This document shows positions 51,110 through 64,000 of a stretch of 64,000 nt of DNA, one piece after another (positions within the stretch are counted from its first letter, which is position 1; every line of letters begins with the position of its first letter). The DNA lies in the NCBI RefSeq assembly GCF_035084215.1, contig NC_090362.1, positions 21,142,001-21,206,000 on the forward strand. Direction: 5' to 3'. The notes under the pieces are model-generated. The model did not search any database. It had not been told where the DNA came from and was given only the letters and a program-made list of their open reading frames with translations. The position numbers and the translations under genes are program-made. Source of the DNA: Heptranchias perlo. Its lineage: Eukaryota.

Positions 51110-52920
51110 AGAACAAATTAGAGAACTGGGTGTGCGGGATGGTATGCCCACCTCATCTAAATCATTGATAAAGGGGATGGAGAATAATGGCCCTAACACG
51201 ATCCCTGCGGGACTCCACTAATGACTGACCCCATACAGAACCTCTACCATTAATAACTACCTTCTGAATATGCAAACACAACTAGTTCCTTATCAGCCTG
51301 CCAATCCCACAAGCCTCAGCCTTGCTTAGTAGCCTTTTGAGTGGCACTTTTACCAAAAGCTTTTTGAAAGTCTAGCTCCACAATACTGACCTGGCTACCA
51401 TCACCCACCAACTTCAGAACTTCCACCAAAAATTCAAGTTAGTGAAACAGGATCTTCTTTTGCCAGAAGCCACACTGAGATCTCCTAATAAACTCTTTTT
51501 AAGTGATCGTACAGTTTCATCTCTAATGATCCCTTCTAGCAATTTGCCAATAACTGAAGTCAAGCTAATGGGACCTATTGTTTTCTGGTTCTGATTTATT
51601 GCCCATTTTAAATATTGGCACCACTTGGGGCTCTCTTCTGTCCATAGCAACAATCCCAGACCCAAGAGAGCTATTAAATAAATGAGCAATGACTAGCAGA
51701 GCACACCCCCAATTATTTGAGCACCCGAGGGTGAAAGCCATTCCAGCCAGCTGCCTGATCTGTTTTATAAGCTTTAATTCTAGGAAGAAAGGATTATATC
51801 CAAATCCATTTAACAGGTTCAATTTTAGCATCAACCCACTGTTGTAGTATTGGCAAGTCAACATCATTTTCAGTAGTTTGAAACCTCTGCCATCTTCTGG
51901 GACTCCACTAGAACCTGCCCTGTAGGATCCTTCAGTGGCCCTATGCAGTCCTTAAAAGGCCCTCTGACTCCTTACAAAGCTAAAAAAACACCTTGCTATA
52001 ACTGCCACACCCATCAACTACCCTCTTCTCCACTGTTCTTTTGGGTGCCATGATTGCCCTCAACTGAGTTCGATACCAACCTTATTCTCCTGAAAGTTAT
52101 TTTTCTTAAACCTGTAAAAATGTATCTGCTTTAGTCTAATTTATCTTTGGACATCACCAGTTCATCAATTTGGCTTTGTTTTACCATGTGACCTTCTGTT
52201 ATCCCTAGGGACAGACATGGTTTCCTTCTATGTTAGGATGGTTCCCATTTATCAAATGCATTGCTTTCATCCCCACCTCAGTTTTTAAATTCTTATCCTT
52301 GTTTTCAAATCCCTCCGAGATCTCTGCGCTCCTCCCATTCTGGCCTCAAACACACCCCCGATTTCCATCGCTCCACCATTGGCGGCCGTGCCTTAAGCTC
52401 CCTGGGCCCTACGTGATGGAATTCCCTCCCTAAACCTCTCCACCTCTCTACCCTCCTTAAAACCTACCTCTTTGACCAAGCTTTTGATCACCTGTCCTAA
52501 TATCGCATGTGGTTCTGTGTCAAATTTTGTTTGATAATCGCTCCTGTGAAGTGCTTTGGAACGTTCTGCTACCTAAGGCACTATATAAATGCAAGTTGGT
52601 GTAGCAGGACCATCTAATCAACCTTACTCAAACCATCTGCCACCTTAGAGAACTTCACCCTCTTATAATCTGGTATTAGCATTACATTTTCAGCAGCACT
52701 GGTTTGGTTGATAAAGCTGAATTTAATGATATTATTGTCAATTTTGCCCAGGTGCTCCCTCACATGGAAGCCAAATGCTACATCATGGTCGTTACTAAAA
52801 ACTAGGTCCCCTGGTTTCTTCCTCAACATGTTATGTAATGAAAGGATCATTGATAATATCTTCCTATTTTTCAGCTCTCTCTCGGGCTGGTTTGGATAGA
52901 ATCCATGATAAAGCAAATTG
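51110..52920 (-). mobile_element. Ancient degraded CR1 ORF2, with nested L2 3' end (~52275-52600, +)
   Basis: Reverse frames show DLVFSNDHD...VREHLGKIDNNIIKF, PISLTSVIGKLLEGIIRD, RSCFTNL and ggagtcccgcagggatcgtgttagggcc ([10 protein letters not shown]). Confidence 0.75.
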
Positions 52921-53517
52921 TACATGGCCTGTGGAGGGAATGGGCTTGCTAGTCTGGATCGCCTTCACTCATGCCAGGCTTTCTTATCTATTCTGTGGCC
53001 TTTCAGCTGGTTAGGTATAGAGGGGACACTGAGCTGTAAGCAGCAGGCCTTAATTCATGATTATAATGTCTGTGCATGCGCATATTTATATAGACAAGTT
53101 AGTGGCGAAAAAGCAGAGAGGTGAGAGTTGAAAATTGGATTTTTCACTCCCTGCTTTCTCCACATTCACTCTACAACTGATTTCTACTGGCTCTGACTAG
53201 TTATGTATTTAAGCAAAGCTAATAGATTACAACACACAGGCAGGATCCAATGATCCCACCTCATCCCTTATTTCCTTTGCTCCACAATTGGCGGCTGCTT
53301 GTTCAGCCAATGTGTTTCATGCCTTCTGGAATCCCCTACACTTAGTTTCCTCCACCTTTCCACCTCCCTTCCTGCTTTCAAAGATCTTCCCAAAGTCCTC
53401 CTTTTCAACTGTGCTCTTTGTACCCCACCTTAGAAATCCCATCCCTCCCCCCACTGCGCCCCGCCATGATCAGTATCCACTGGATCTTTTATCTTCCTCA
53501 TTTCACCATCTCCCTCC

Positions 53518-53558
53518 TGATGAAACCTCCAGGAATACACCCAGAGTTGGCAACCCTA
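53518..53558. mobile_element. Solo right end of the hAT-like MITE
   Basis: tgatgaaacctccaggaatacac...ccagagttggcaacccta, matching 31421-31465. Confidence 0.7.
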
Positions 53559-54089
53559 CATGAGGGGCACTACATAAAATCAAAGTTGGGATTCATAACA
53601 ACATTATCAATATATATGTTGTCAAAAGAGGGAGAATTCTGTACAAAATGTCTGCTGTGCCCAAATCTAACTCTCATCTTTTATGCATGAAGGCTGCTTA
53701 AGAGAATATCAAATGTACAGCTCGTAACATTCACGTGGCAGCTCAGTTGAATAATCCTCTGCTCCAATTGCCGTTAGCTTGAAAGGCTGTTAGGTCAACA
53801 TGAAAGGAGCTTCCCGCAGCAGCGTAAATGTACGAGCTCGATCGCCAGTCGGGAAAGGTGACTTTTGGAGCAGCGCAAAGGGTCAATGACTCTCTTCTTT
53901 CATCGGTACGTTCTGACAACTGCTGAAAGAGTTTGAAAAATGAGAACACTTTGCACACGGGAGAGGCTGGTGATTTCACTTGGGGCAGAGTTTACCAGAT
54001 ATTTTGCTGTCAAATTTACTCAACCAGTATAATAAATCAAATGTTTCCAAAGGTTTATTTGTACTTCTTCATATTAAATTAAATTGCAA

Positions 54090-54325
54090 GAGTAGGACAC
54101 AGGTTCAAAGTAAAAGGCAAATTTAGGACCGAGGTCAGGAATTTCCTCACAGAGAGAGATCCAACATATGGAACAGACTTCCAGTTATAATAGAAGCAAA
54201 AAACCTGGGATCATTTAAGAAACAATTAGATGTTGCAGGGTGGGGCAGGGAGGTCTATAGGATCTTGCTGGATGGATGAAGTTAGATGGGCTGAATGGCC
54301 TTCCCCGTCTGTAACTCTCTTGTGA
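54090..54325 (+). mobile_element. Degraded CR1 3' end
   Basis: agtaggacacaggttcaa...ttcctcacagagag...gatgggctgaatggcctt. Confidence 0.7.
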
Positions 54326-54473
54326 TATCAGAGATCTACTGTTAATCCCTTAAGTACCAGTTATTCCTTGAAGTATTTAAAATAAACCTGTTTGCACCAT
54401 GAAATAATTTTCAATCCAATCCAACTGAAGGGATCAGCACTGATTCTGGGACTGCTTCATCCCGACACTAGGG

Positions 54474-54622
54474 GGGTAATTTTAACCAAACTCACCGGGC
54501 GGAAAACCCATGGGATCAGGTGGAAATGACTTCATTGAAGAGTAAAACTGGGCGGGGTGATAAACCATTGTTGCACCTGGTCCCATGGGTTTCCCGACGG
54601 GCAGATTAGGTTAAAATTGCCC
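54474..54622. mobile_element. Palindromic MITE-like hairpin element
   Basis: GGGTAATTTTAACC...GGTTAAAATTGCCC termini plus inner arms aaacccatgggatcaggtg / cacctggtcccatgggttt. Confidence 0.75.
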
Positions 54623-54873
54623 AAGTGTCTGAAATTGGAAAGTGCTCCATTCTTCAGAACGAACGTCCCACATTTCAAAAGTCAGAAATTCTGTAAACTA
54701 CCGAACTATGCAGATTACATTTGGGAAGATGTTAAACAAGTCCAGCCACTCAAATCGAACAGAACGCCCATTAGCAGTTTATTAACCCCCTCCCACCCTT
54801 AACCCATAAAGTCCTTTCAGGGTTCAGACAAATGTTTCCCCTGCCACATCTCTGCTGAAGGTGCTGGGATACG

Positions 54874-55024
54874 AGGGGCAACTTTTGGACTCCACCCTGT
54901 GGCAAATAGCCTTGCCAGTTGGTAGCGCACACCGGAAAAATCGCCAGCAGTGCAGCCAAATTTCTGTTGTGCACTCCCAGCGAGCGAGACTCCGTGCCAG
55001 AAGCTCATCAGAAAAATTACCCCT
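54874..55024. mobile_element. Second MITE-like element with related termini
   Basis: AGGGGCAACTTTT...AAAAATTACCCCT (11/13 inverted match), CpG-rich interior. Confidence 0.45.
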
Positions 55025-57359
55025 GCGGTGCCACAGGTGCTGGTTGCCAAGTGATTGTGATTTACATGCGAGTCTAGAGGGTCAGCATCATCAGGCTATT
55101 AGACAGTGGGGAACTTTGCAGTGGAGCAGAGCATCGACGTCAGGTAGTTTACAGATGATTAAGAGGAGGGATATTCGCATTGGGGAATGGAGCACTTTCC
55201 AATTTCAGGCAGCCAGCATCGGCATCAAGCAGTCACATGGATCAGTGTTAAACCCTGCAGAGAAATAGTGATCATAGTCTGGTCAGTGAGGAAATGAGTC
55301 TTTTGTTTTTGGAAGATAAAAATGATAACATTTGGGTGATAATCACAAGAGCAGATATAGATGGAGATGAGGAAGATCATTTGGACCTGTTAGCACATCC
55401 ATCGAGAAAAATTCTCTGGCTTGCTCCTAATCACCATACCCTTCCCTGAGTGTCATAAGGCTGCTAGGGTTAAATGAAGAGGGGTGGGAGAGGCTCGTGG
55501 GGAGAATAGTCGCCTCCATGGACCAGTTGGGCCGAATGGCCTGCTTCTGTGCTGTACATTCTATGTAATGTAAGCCATTACAGGGACCGTGGCCATCTCC
55601 AAGGAAGGTCCATCATGTCCAGCCTTTCCAAATGACCAGGAGCTGTTGTGAGCTTTCCTCAATTTGTTCAATCATCTGAGGGAGCTGAATTACCGGGGAC
55701 AGATTTCCAACCAGATCTCCAATCAGGAGGGAAGTTTCCTCTCTCCTCCCCTCCGAGGATGGAAGGTGATAGGTTGAAGGTGGGCCATGAGATGTGGATG
55801 TTTTAGAAACAGGGAAGCGATCATCAACATCTTGTGTTAAGGTCACCCTCTGTACAGCATCCATCAGCTGTAAGTAAGTGATTACAATAGGAATAGGAAA
55901 AAGGGTTAAAGGATTAAAGGAATATTGTCCTCAAAAAAAAGTGTCTTGAAGACTCTTCCGTTTTCAAAGACACAATGTGTAACGTAGCAAAACATGTCAA
56001 AATGAATGATTGTGTCATTTGAGCATGAACAGGAAAAAGCCTCATCTCCCTCCTACATCACATCACAACAGTGACTACATTTCAAAAGTACTTCAATGGC
56101 TATAAAAATGCCTTGGGACATCCTGAGGTTGTGAAAGGCACTATATAAATGCAAGTTCTTTTTTTCTTTCTTTTCCTAAAACAAAAACATTTTCCCACAT
56201 TTTTAGTGAAGACTGTGTTCTTTTAACACCAAGACAGGAGGGTAAGTGAGAGGAGGAGCCAGCAGGCAGAGGGCGGGGGGGTTGAAAAATCAATGTAATG
56301 ATTGGACCTGCTTCAACATTTGGGTTTTGTTTTTCCTTTATGCTTAGAGAGGAAGATTATTGTGTTCGCTGGGAATATTAAAGTAATTAGGATGGGTGTT
56401 AAATCATGTGGAGTAAAGCACAGATACAGACTTGATGGGTCGAACAGTCTGTTCCTCAGTCACAATATCATAAATATGATTGGTTGTTGTTTTTAGTGAA
56501 ATTGCCTTTCTGATACCGACCAGAGGAAATCGTTACAAGTTCATTTATGGGGCCATTAACATCACCAGAGCAACTCATCCCAACAGGATCAAAATTAGAC
56601 AGACAATCAACACAGTTAAGTAAACAGCACCCTGCTCGTACTGAGTGACTGGAGTCTGCCGCGAGCTAAATTCTCATGCATCATACTCCGGGAATGACAT
56701 GACAGACCTGCTCAGCCCAGCTCGGAGTTATGAGCTATTAAGTAGCCTAATGTGTCCTGTAACCCATTGAAACTCACTCATGTTCAGCAGGAGGCGATGA
56801 GCAGTGGAAGGGTCACATCTGGAACGGCAGGTTATCGATGAACATTTAGCTACACATTTAATCAAAAACACTTATTCGCTATCTATTTAGAAGATTACAT
56901 GGAACAGAAGAAATACTTTAATGTTCTTTATGTATAGAAATATTTGCATTTATATGACATTGTCAAAGCCCCTTCACAACAAACTACTTTTGCAGTATCG
57001 TGAATGTTGTTGCAAGGCATTTTACACCAGAGATATCCTATAAAGACGACACTGAGGTGAATAACTAGTTAATATGGGGGGGGGGTTTTGGTGGTAACGA
57101 TTGAGGGAGGAATACCGGGAGAATTCCAAGCTCTACGAGGAGTTCCATCTGAAAAGGAGCTCAATTTAACATCTAATCATCACCTCCAACAATACAGCAC
57201 GCCCACCCCACTGCACCGGAGAGTCAGCCTGGATTAGTTTTGGGTTTGACCCCACAAACATTTGACCCAAGCGTTGCCAAAATGAGTCCACCTGGTACTA
57301 TGGATTAATTTTCTGACTTCACAATGCCAGCAGTCTTGGCACCTGATGCACAAACCCGG

Positions 57360-57735
57360 TCACTCACTATTGTAACGTAGCAAACGTGACAGCCAATTTG
57401 TGTACAAAGTCCCACAAACAGCAATGCGATAATGACCAGATCATCTATCTTTGGTGACGTTGGTTAAGGGATAAATATTGGCCAGAACACGGGGAGGACT
57501 CCCCTGCTCTTCTTCGAAATAGTGCCATGGGATCTTTTACCTCCATCTGACAGATATGGCAGACAGAAACTCGGTTTAATCTCTAAAGGACGGCATCTCT
57601 GACAGTGCAGCACTCTCTCAGTACTGGCACTGAAATGTCAGCCTAGGTTTTGTACTCAAGTCTCTGCAGTGGGACTCGAACCCACAACCTACTGATTCAG
57701 AGGCGAGACAGCGACCAGTGAGCCACAACTAACAA
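57360..57735 (-). mobile_element. Deu-domain SINE (older degraded copy adjacent at ~56940-57290)
   Basis: Core and head homology including gggactcgaaccc (reverse B-box). Confidence 0.8.
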
Positions 57736-58197
57736 TAAAAACGACAATAAGGCAGAGCCCCATTGACAATATGAGAGCGAGGCAGGCTATGACGACAGGA
57801 ACCTGATTGGAGAGGGGTGTAAACCTGGGCTACTGCCCAGAGCCTCTGGCACCGGTCAGGCTGTGCCCCACATACTGTTTTCAAGCTCCTTATTTTGCTG
57901 TTTTTTCACGGAGCTTCATCGATTTAACAGATTTCTTTTCTGATCAAGAAGCTGAATCATTGTTTCATTTAGCTCGCGTACGGGCCGATTTTCTTTATCC
58001 TGCACCTGCAGTTATTAGATCGCCTGGACTCAGCGAATCGAGGAGCACACTCCAGTATTCTGTCCTTAATTCCCAGTCCCTTTGTCAACATGCCCAAATT
58101 TTCCACGGTCACTAGACTTAGACCATCAAATAGCCTCAGGTACAGTAACAGGGGGATCTGGCCCACTCCGACCGCACAGACTGGGACCACAGACTTG

Positions 58198-58733
58198 AGG
58201 CACAAGTCAGGAGTGTGATGGAATACTCTCCACTTGCCTGGATGAGTGCAGCTCCAACAACACTCAAGAAGTTCGACACCATCCAGGACAAAGCAGCCCG
58301 CTTGATTGGCACCCCATCCACCACCCTAAACATTCACTCCCTTCACCATCAGCGCACTGTGGCTGCAGTGTGCACCATCCACAGGATGCACTGCAGCAAC
58401 TCGCCAAGGCTTCTTCGACAGCACCTCCCAAACCCGTGACCTCTACCACCTAGAAGGACAAGAGCAGCAGGCACATGGGAACAACACCACCTACACGTTC
58501 CCCTCCAAGTCACACACCATCCTGACTTGGAAATATATCGCCGTTCCTTCATCATCGCTGGGTCAAAATCCTGGAACTCCCTTCCTAACAGCACTGTGGG
58601 AGAACCGTCACCACACGGACTGCAGCGGTTCAAGAAGGCGGCTCACCACCACCTTCTCAAGGGCAATTAGGGATGGGCAATAAATGCCGGCCTCACCAGC
58701 GACGCCCACATCCCATGAACAAATTTAAAAAAA
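58198..58733 (+). mobile_element. Non-LTR family B 3' part
   Basis: MEYSPLAWMSAAPTTLKKFDTIQDKAARLI...; A-rich end. Confidence 0.9.
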
Positions 58734-59062
58734 CATGGACACAATATCCATCAGCAAATTCACTGGACGTGTCCAGTCAATGTGAGGCTACGGTCAACAA
58801 AGAGCTTGTCAGATTTGTGAGGTGAGGTTGCACAGTTGGATTAATACCCTGAGATTTTACTCATCTGCCTTCATTGGTCAAGGGAAAATTTCATGGGCCT
58901 CTCTCTTGGGTGTTTCACCTGTGATTGGTTGCTTGCCTCCTTCAGGCAAGTGGGGTATTTGGTAGAATACACGAGGACAAATTGTACATTGTCCATGGTG
59001 GGCAGGTACTCAAGGGGCTGAATGGTCTTTACTCATTTCACACTTTTATCAGGTAAATCCTT

Positions 59063-59347
59063 CAGGTGAGATGTTAAACTGAGGCCTTGTCTGCCATCTC
59101 AGGTTCCATGGCACTATTCAAAAGAAGAGTAAAGGCCAATTGGTGTCCTGACCAACATTTATCCCTCAACCAACACCAAAAACAGATTATCTGGTCATTT
59201 ATCTCATTGCTGGTTGTGGGATCCTACAGTGCACAAATTGGTTGCTGTGTTTCACTACAGTACACTTCAAAAATACTTAATTGGCTGTGAAGCACTTTTG
59301 GATATCCTGAACTTATTAAATGTGTGATATAAATACAAGTTCTTTCT
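59063..59347 (+). mobile_element. Degraded Deu-domain SINE
   Basis: Core and tail homology. Confidence 0.7.
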
Positions 59348-61304
59348 TAAATTTAGTGCTTCCTTGAGCTGTGCTTGAAGGAAGCCTGGGTCAAAGTGTT
59401 AGGGGTGGTGACCCTCAGTGTCTTTTTCAACCTGTGCTTTGATGGTTTGACATAAATGGGCAAACAGCAATAAGTGTTCCTCAGTCCCAGACAGGACACT
59501 CACAATCACAGCATGGCACTTAAGCTGGTAAATCCTTCAGTCCTAATTACTATATTGAAAGGAAGACTTGATGCAGAGAGAGAGCAGTAAGTAGGACCTA
59601 ACAACACACATTAATTTAGTCAGACAATCATACTGAGCAATTCAGAAAATGACTCCAAAATAGACCAGCATTTATCAATTCAATCTTCCCAGCACATCCA
59701 GATATGTGAAGTAAATCACATGATCTAGATGCTATGCTTAAATCATCACATGGTTTCACTTTCCCTCAAAACAACAAACGGGGAGATCCATAGAAAACAC
59801 GACTTCAAGCTAAACGATGACAGTAGGAGGAGGGGGCAGTGGGTCTCAGCAAAAGCAAGTTGAGAATGGATGTCAAGAGGTGACAAACTTGTGCAACAGG
59901 ACTGCTGTGTAGGGCAGTGGAGGCAATACTTAATCATTTAAGAAACAATCAATCAGATGCTGCGATAGGACATCTGGAGATTCTGGATGAGGGATGGATG
60001 GGTGAGTTTTTATGGGTTGAATGGCCTTCCTTATTTATCTTGTGATTATGGAGCATGAAGAAAGGCACAAGATCAGTTGTTAAATAATTTGCATTGCTTA
60101 GATGTTGATTGGAAACCAAAATGTCATGAGACCTTCAGGCTGCTGTCAAACATGGAACTGTACGGCAACAAGGATTATAACGCATTGCCAAGGAAGCATG
60201 TACAACCTAATCTTAAATCTCATTCACTTTGTGATTACTCAGGAATTACAGCACATGTGCAATACATCAGGCAAGTGATTCAGTGATGAAAATATTGTGT
60301 CCTAAATGTTCTCCAGATATGGTGACAGGTACTCCCAATCTACAATTACAGTGAGGGCCACTTATTCATCTCATCAACTTTATGGTGTCTAAACTTGGGG
60401 AACTATCATTGCGAATGAAATAGTATCTCTCTAACCGAACTGGAAAAGCACACAAGTACTGTTCACATCGAGAATATATTTACTTTTGTCATTTTTCGAC
60501 AGTGTCATATTTATTGCAGATTTCCCATCATTTCTTTGTAAGTATTGCAGCTGCAACACAAGATACAGCAACACCACGGAAACACTACATCACGACTCGA
60601 AAGGTATCCAGATCCCTGTTAATGGGATTCTTGCCTCAAGCACAATTTTTTTTTCCCGCACATATATTCTAATGGTAAATTGTTTTTTTTCTTTCTAGGA
60701 ACAGTCTGGGACTGAATTCTGTTCACTTCTGTTTTATTTAGTTAACAGAATCTTGGCCAATTCATCAACTGATTCATCCTCATCCTCTGATACCCAACTC
60801 ATTGCCATCTGGTGCACATGCAGAGGATTCATTTAATCAGGAAGTGAATATTCAATTATGAATTTTCAGGCTAAAATATTTGGAAAGGAACAGAAATGTT
60901 TAATGTTTAATAAAGTTGCTGGGCACGTAGATCATTAGCAACTCTTTGAAATTTTCACGATCAGTTTACGTGCTGACTCAGTCCGAGCATTCAAATGAGG
61001 TTTGGATTGATTCCTAATTCAGCAAGGAGCTGAGGGACGTGGGTTTGGAGTTGGAAAAAAGAAATATATTCTTCAGATAGGTCCTCGACAATGGAAGGAA
61101 CTGAATGAACGGACTGGCATTTTCTGATTCTTACATCTGTAAGGTACTGGCATATGCTTAGCATCAGGTCTCCTGCCCGTCCTCTTGGTTATGGAAGGTG
61201 TTTGATACAAAGATATTCAAAGAGTGGAAAAGAAGAAACAAATGTTTTCAAAAATCCAAAACTTCAACTGAGCTCATCACTACTCCAAACAAGATGGTAG
61301 ATCC

Positions 61305-62952
61305 TTTTTTTTTTATTCGTTCATGGGATGTGGGCGTCGCTGGCGAGGCCGGCATTTATTGCCCATCCCTAATTGCCCTTGAGAAGGTGGTGGTGAGCCG
61401 CCTTCTTGAACTGCTGCAGTCCGTGTGGTGAAGGTTCTCCCACAGTGCTGTTAGGAAGGGAGTTCCAGGATTTTGACCCAGCATCGATGAAGGAACGGCG
61501 ATATATTTCCAAGTCAGGATGGGGTGTGAGTTGGAGGGGAACGTGCAGGTGGTGTTGTTCCCATGTGCCTGCTGCTCTTGTCCTTCTAGGTGGTAGAGGT
61601 CGCAGGTTTAGGAGGTGCTGTCAAAGAAGCCTTGGCGAGTTGCTGCAGTGCATCCTGTGGATGGTACACACTGCAGCCACTGTGCACCGGTGGTGAAGGT
61701 AGTGAATGTTTAGGGTGGTGGATGGGGTGCCAATCAAGCGGGCTGCTTTGTCCTGGATGGTTTCAAGCTTCTTGAGTGTTGTTAGAGCTGCACTCATCCA
61801 GGCAAGTGGAGAGTATTCCATCACACTCCTGACTTGTGCCTTGTAGATGGTGGAAAGGCTTTGGGGAGTCAGGAGGTGAGTCACTCGCCGCTGAATACCC
61901 AGCCTCTGACCTGCTCTTGTAGCCACATGATTTAAATGGCTGGTCCAGTTAAGTTTCTGGTCAATGGTGACCCCCAGGATGTTGATGGTGGGGGATTCGG
62001 CGATGGTAATGCCGTTGAATGTCAAGGGGAGGTGGTTAATCTCTTTCTTTTTGGAGATGGTCATTGCCTGGCACTTGTCTGGCACGAATGTTACTTGCCA
62101 CTTATCAGCCCAAGCCTGGGTGTTGCCAAGGTCTTGCTGCATGCGGGCTCGGACTGCTTCATTATTTGAGGGGTTGCGAGTGGGACTGAACACTGTGCAA
62201 TCATCAGCGAACGTCCCCATTTCTGACCTTATGATGGAGGGAAGGTCATTGATGAAGCAGCTGAAGATGGTTGGGCCAAGGACACTGCCCTGAGGAACTC
62301 CTGCAGCAATGTCCTGGGGCTGAGATGATTGGCCTCCAACAACCACTACCATTGTAGGTATGACTCCAGCCACTGGAGAGTTTGCCCCCTGATTCCCATT
62401 GACTTCAATTTTACTAGAGTTCCTTGGTGCCACACTCGGTCAAATGCTGCCTTGATGTCAAGGGCAATCACTCTCACCTCACCTCTGGAATTCAGCTCTT
62501 TTGTCCATGTTTGGACCAAGGCTGTAATGAGGTCTGGAGCCGAGTGGTCCTGGTGGAACCCAAACTGAGCATCTTATGAGGAAAGATTGAACAGGTTGGG
62601 TCTATATTCATTGGAATTTAGAAGAATGAGAGGAGATCTTATTGAAACATATAAGATTCTGATGGGACTCAATAGGGTAGATGCTGAGCGGATGATGGGG
62701 TGGTAATTGGCCAGATTGGATTTGTCCTGCTTTTTGTGGACAGGACACACCTGGGCAATTTTCCACATTGTCGGGTAGATGCCAGTCTTGTAGCTATACT
62801 GGAACAGCTTGGCTAGAGGCACAGCTAGTTCTGGAGCACAAGTCTTCAGCACTACAGCTGGGATGTTGTCGGGGCCCATAGCCTTTGCTGTATCCAGTGC
62901 ACTCAGCCGTTTTTTGATATCACGTGGAGTGAATTGAATTGGCTGAAGACTG
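61305..62952 (-). mobile_element. Non-LTR family B (CR1/L2 group) RT region to poly(A)-like tail
   Basis: [58 protein letters not shown]; T-run at the left end. Confidence 0.93.
62573..62694 (+). mobile_element. CR1 ORF2 fragment embedded antisense in the family-B LINE
   Basis: YEERLNRLGLYSLEFRRMRGDLIETYKILMGLNRVDAERM. Confidence 0.85.
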
Positions 62953-63454
62953 CTCCTATTCAGCTCCTCTAAGAGCTCAGCTATTGAATGCATCGCCCAG
63001 CATGGGACTGAACCATACAGACCCACCGCTGATCTCATTGTTGCCTCATTCCCTCTCAAATTGTTCTTCATGCACTGTAATTGTTGGTTCATCCTCCCAT
63101 CAGCTCAGGGGTTCTCTGAGACTCTGTCTTCTCTTCCATTCTGTTCCTTCTTCACATCAATGATTTCATCTAATCATCAATCCCAACTCCTTGCAAAACT
63201 TCAGACACGATACAGAAAAAAGCTCATCAGCTGATGAGTGATTTCTTTCCCATCTCCATTCCAATTTTTCTTTTCTTTCTTAATACTGCCATGGTCAGAG
63301 CTCCTCTGAACTTGCCTCAAGTTCCTTCTAAGCTCCAACAATGCCGTCCCAAAAGTGGTGACGAACTGAGCCTCGTTACACTCTCAGGTACATTATTCAT
63401 TCTCTCCCCGACCTCAAAACTCAAACTCCTCACTTCCCCATGTTCTTTCTTTCG

Positions 63455-63710
63455 TTTTAGGAGAAATTTCTTCTCCCAGAGAGTCGTGAATCTTTGGAAT
63501 TCTTTACCCCAAAAAGCTGTGGAGGCTGAGTCATTGAATACATTCAAGGCTGAGTTAGACAAATTTTTGATCAGCGAGGGAGTCAAAGGATGGGTGAAAA
63601 AGCGGGATAGTGGAGTTGAGGTCAAAATCAGATCAGCCATGATCTTATTAAATGGTGGAGCAGGCTCGAGGGGCCGAATGGCCTACTCCTATCTCTTATG
63701 GTCTTACAAT
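63455..63710 (+). mobile_element. CR1 3' end
   Basis: RRNFFSQRVVNLWNSLPQKAVEAESLNTFKAELDKFL; ggggccgaatggcctactcct tail. Confidence 0.9.
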
Positions 63711-64000
63711 ATTTAAGCTTTTCAAACCTAAGCTCGGCATCACCTAATCTTTACTTTCAGATCTGCCTTTTAAACGTAGTGGTGTCCTAGAGTTTAGACC
63801 TTGGCCCTTCACATTTGTTCAACAAAAGAGGGACTGTTCCAGGTTGAGTCTTTGTCCAATGCTGAGTCAACTGAGGCAAAGGAGGGACGTTACCTCAGGA
63901 ATACTGTGCTTGGGAGGGAAATGTTCCGCTACTAGTCAGTATCCAATGGACATCCCCCCCCCCCTCGCCGTCCCCACCACCCCCTCCCCCACTAACATTG

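Noticed and set aside
63223-63238. Perfect 16-bp palindrome CTCATCAGCTGATGAG containing CTGATGA
   Set aside because: About one such palindrome is expected by chance in 64 kb, and there is no downstream stem II/GAAA for a hammerhead.

Overview
Eukaryotic, intron-rich vertebrate DNA, very probably from a cartilaginous fish (shark), inferred from the repeat landscape of Deu-domain/SacSINE1-like SINEs, several CR1 families, L2, Penelope-like remnants and MITEs. The only host gene I can support is CD276 (B7-H3) on the minus strand. It shows an IgV exon (43719-44069) and an IgC exon (41778-42074), both phase 1-1 and in frame, plus a weak candidate leader exon (44175-44265). I found no transmembrane or cytoplasmic exon in the ~41.7 kb downstream. 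The rest is largely transposon debris with nested insertions. The most unusual structure is one SINE (15731-17690) carrying two adjacent minisatellites: 33 x 33 bp amplified from its own body, and ~18 x ~23 bp C-rich units in a segment apparently copied from 1.8 kb away. There is no CRISPR array, rRNA or intact tRNA, and I see no convincing new multi-gene system. The long ORFs outside CD276 are LINE fragments or repeat artefacts. Repeat boundaries are approximate (read by eye) and family names are by recognition, not database search.
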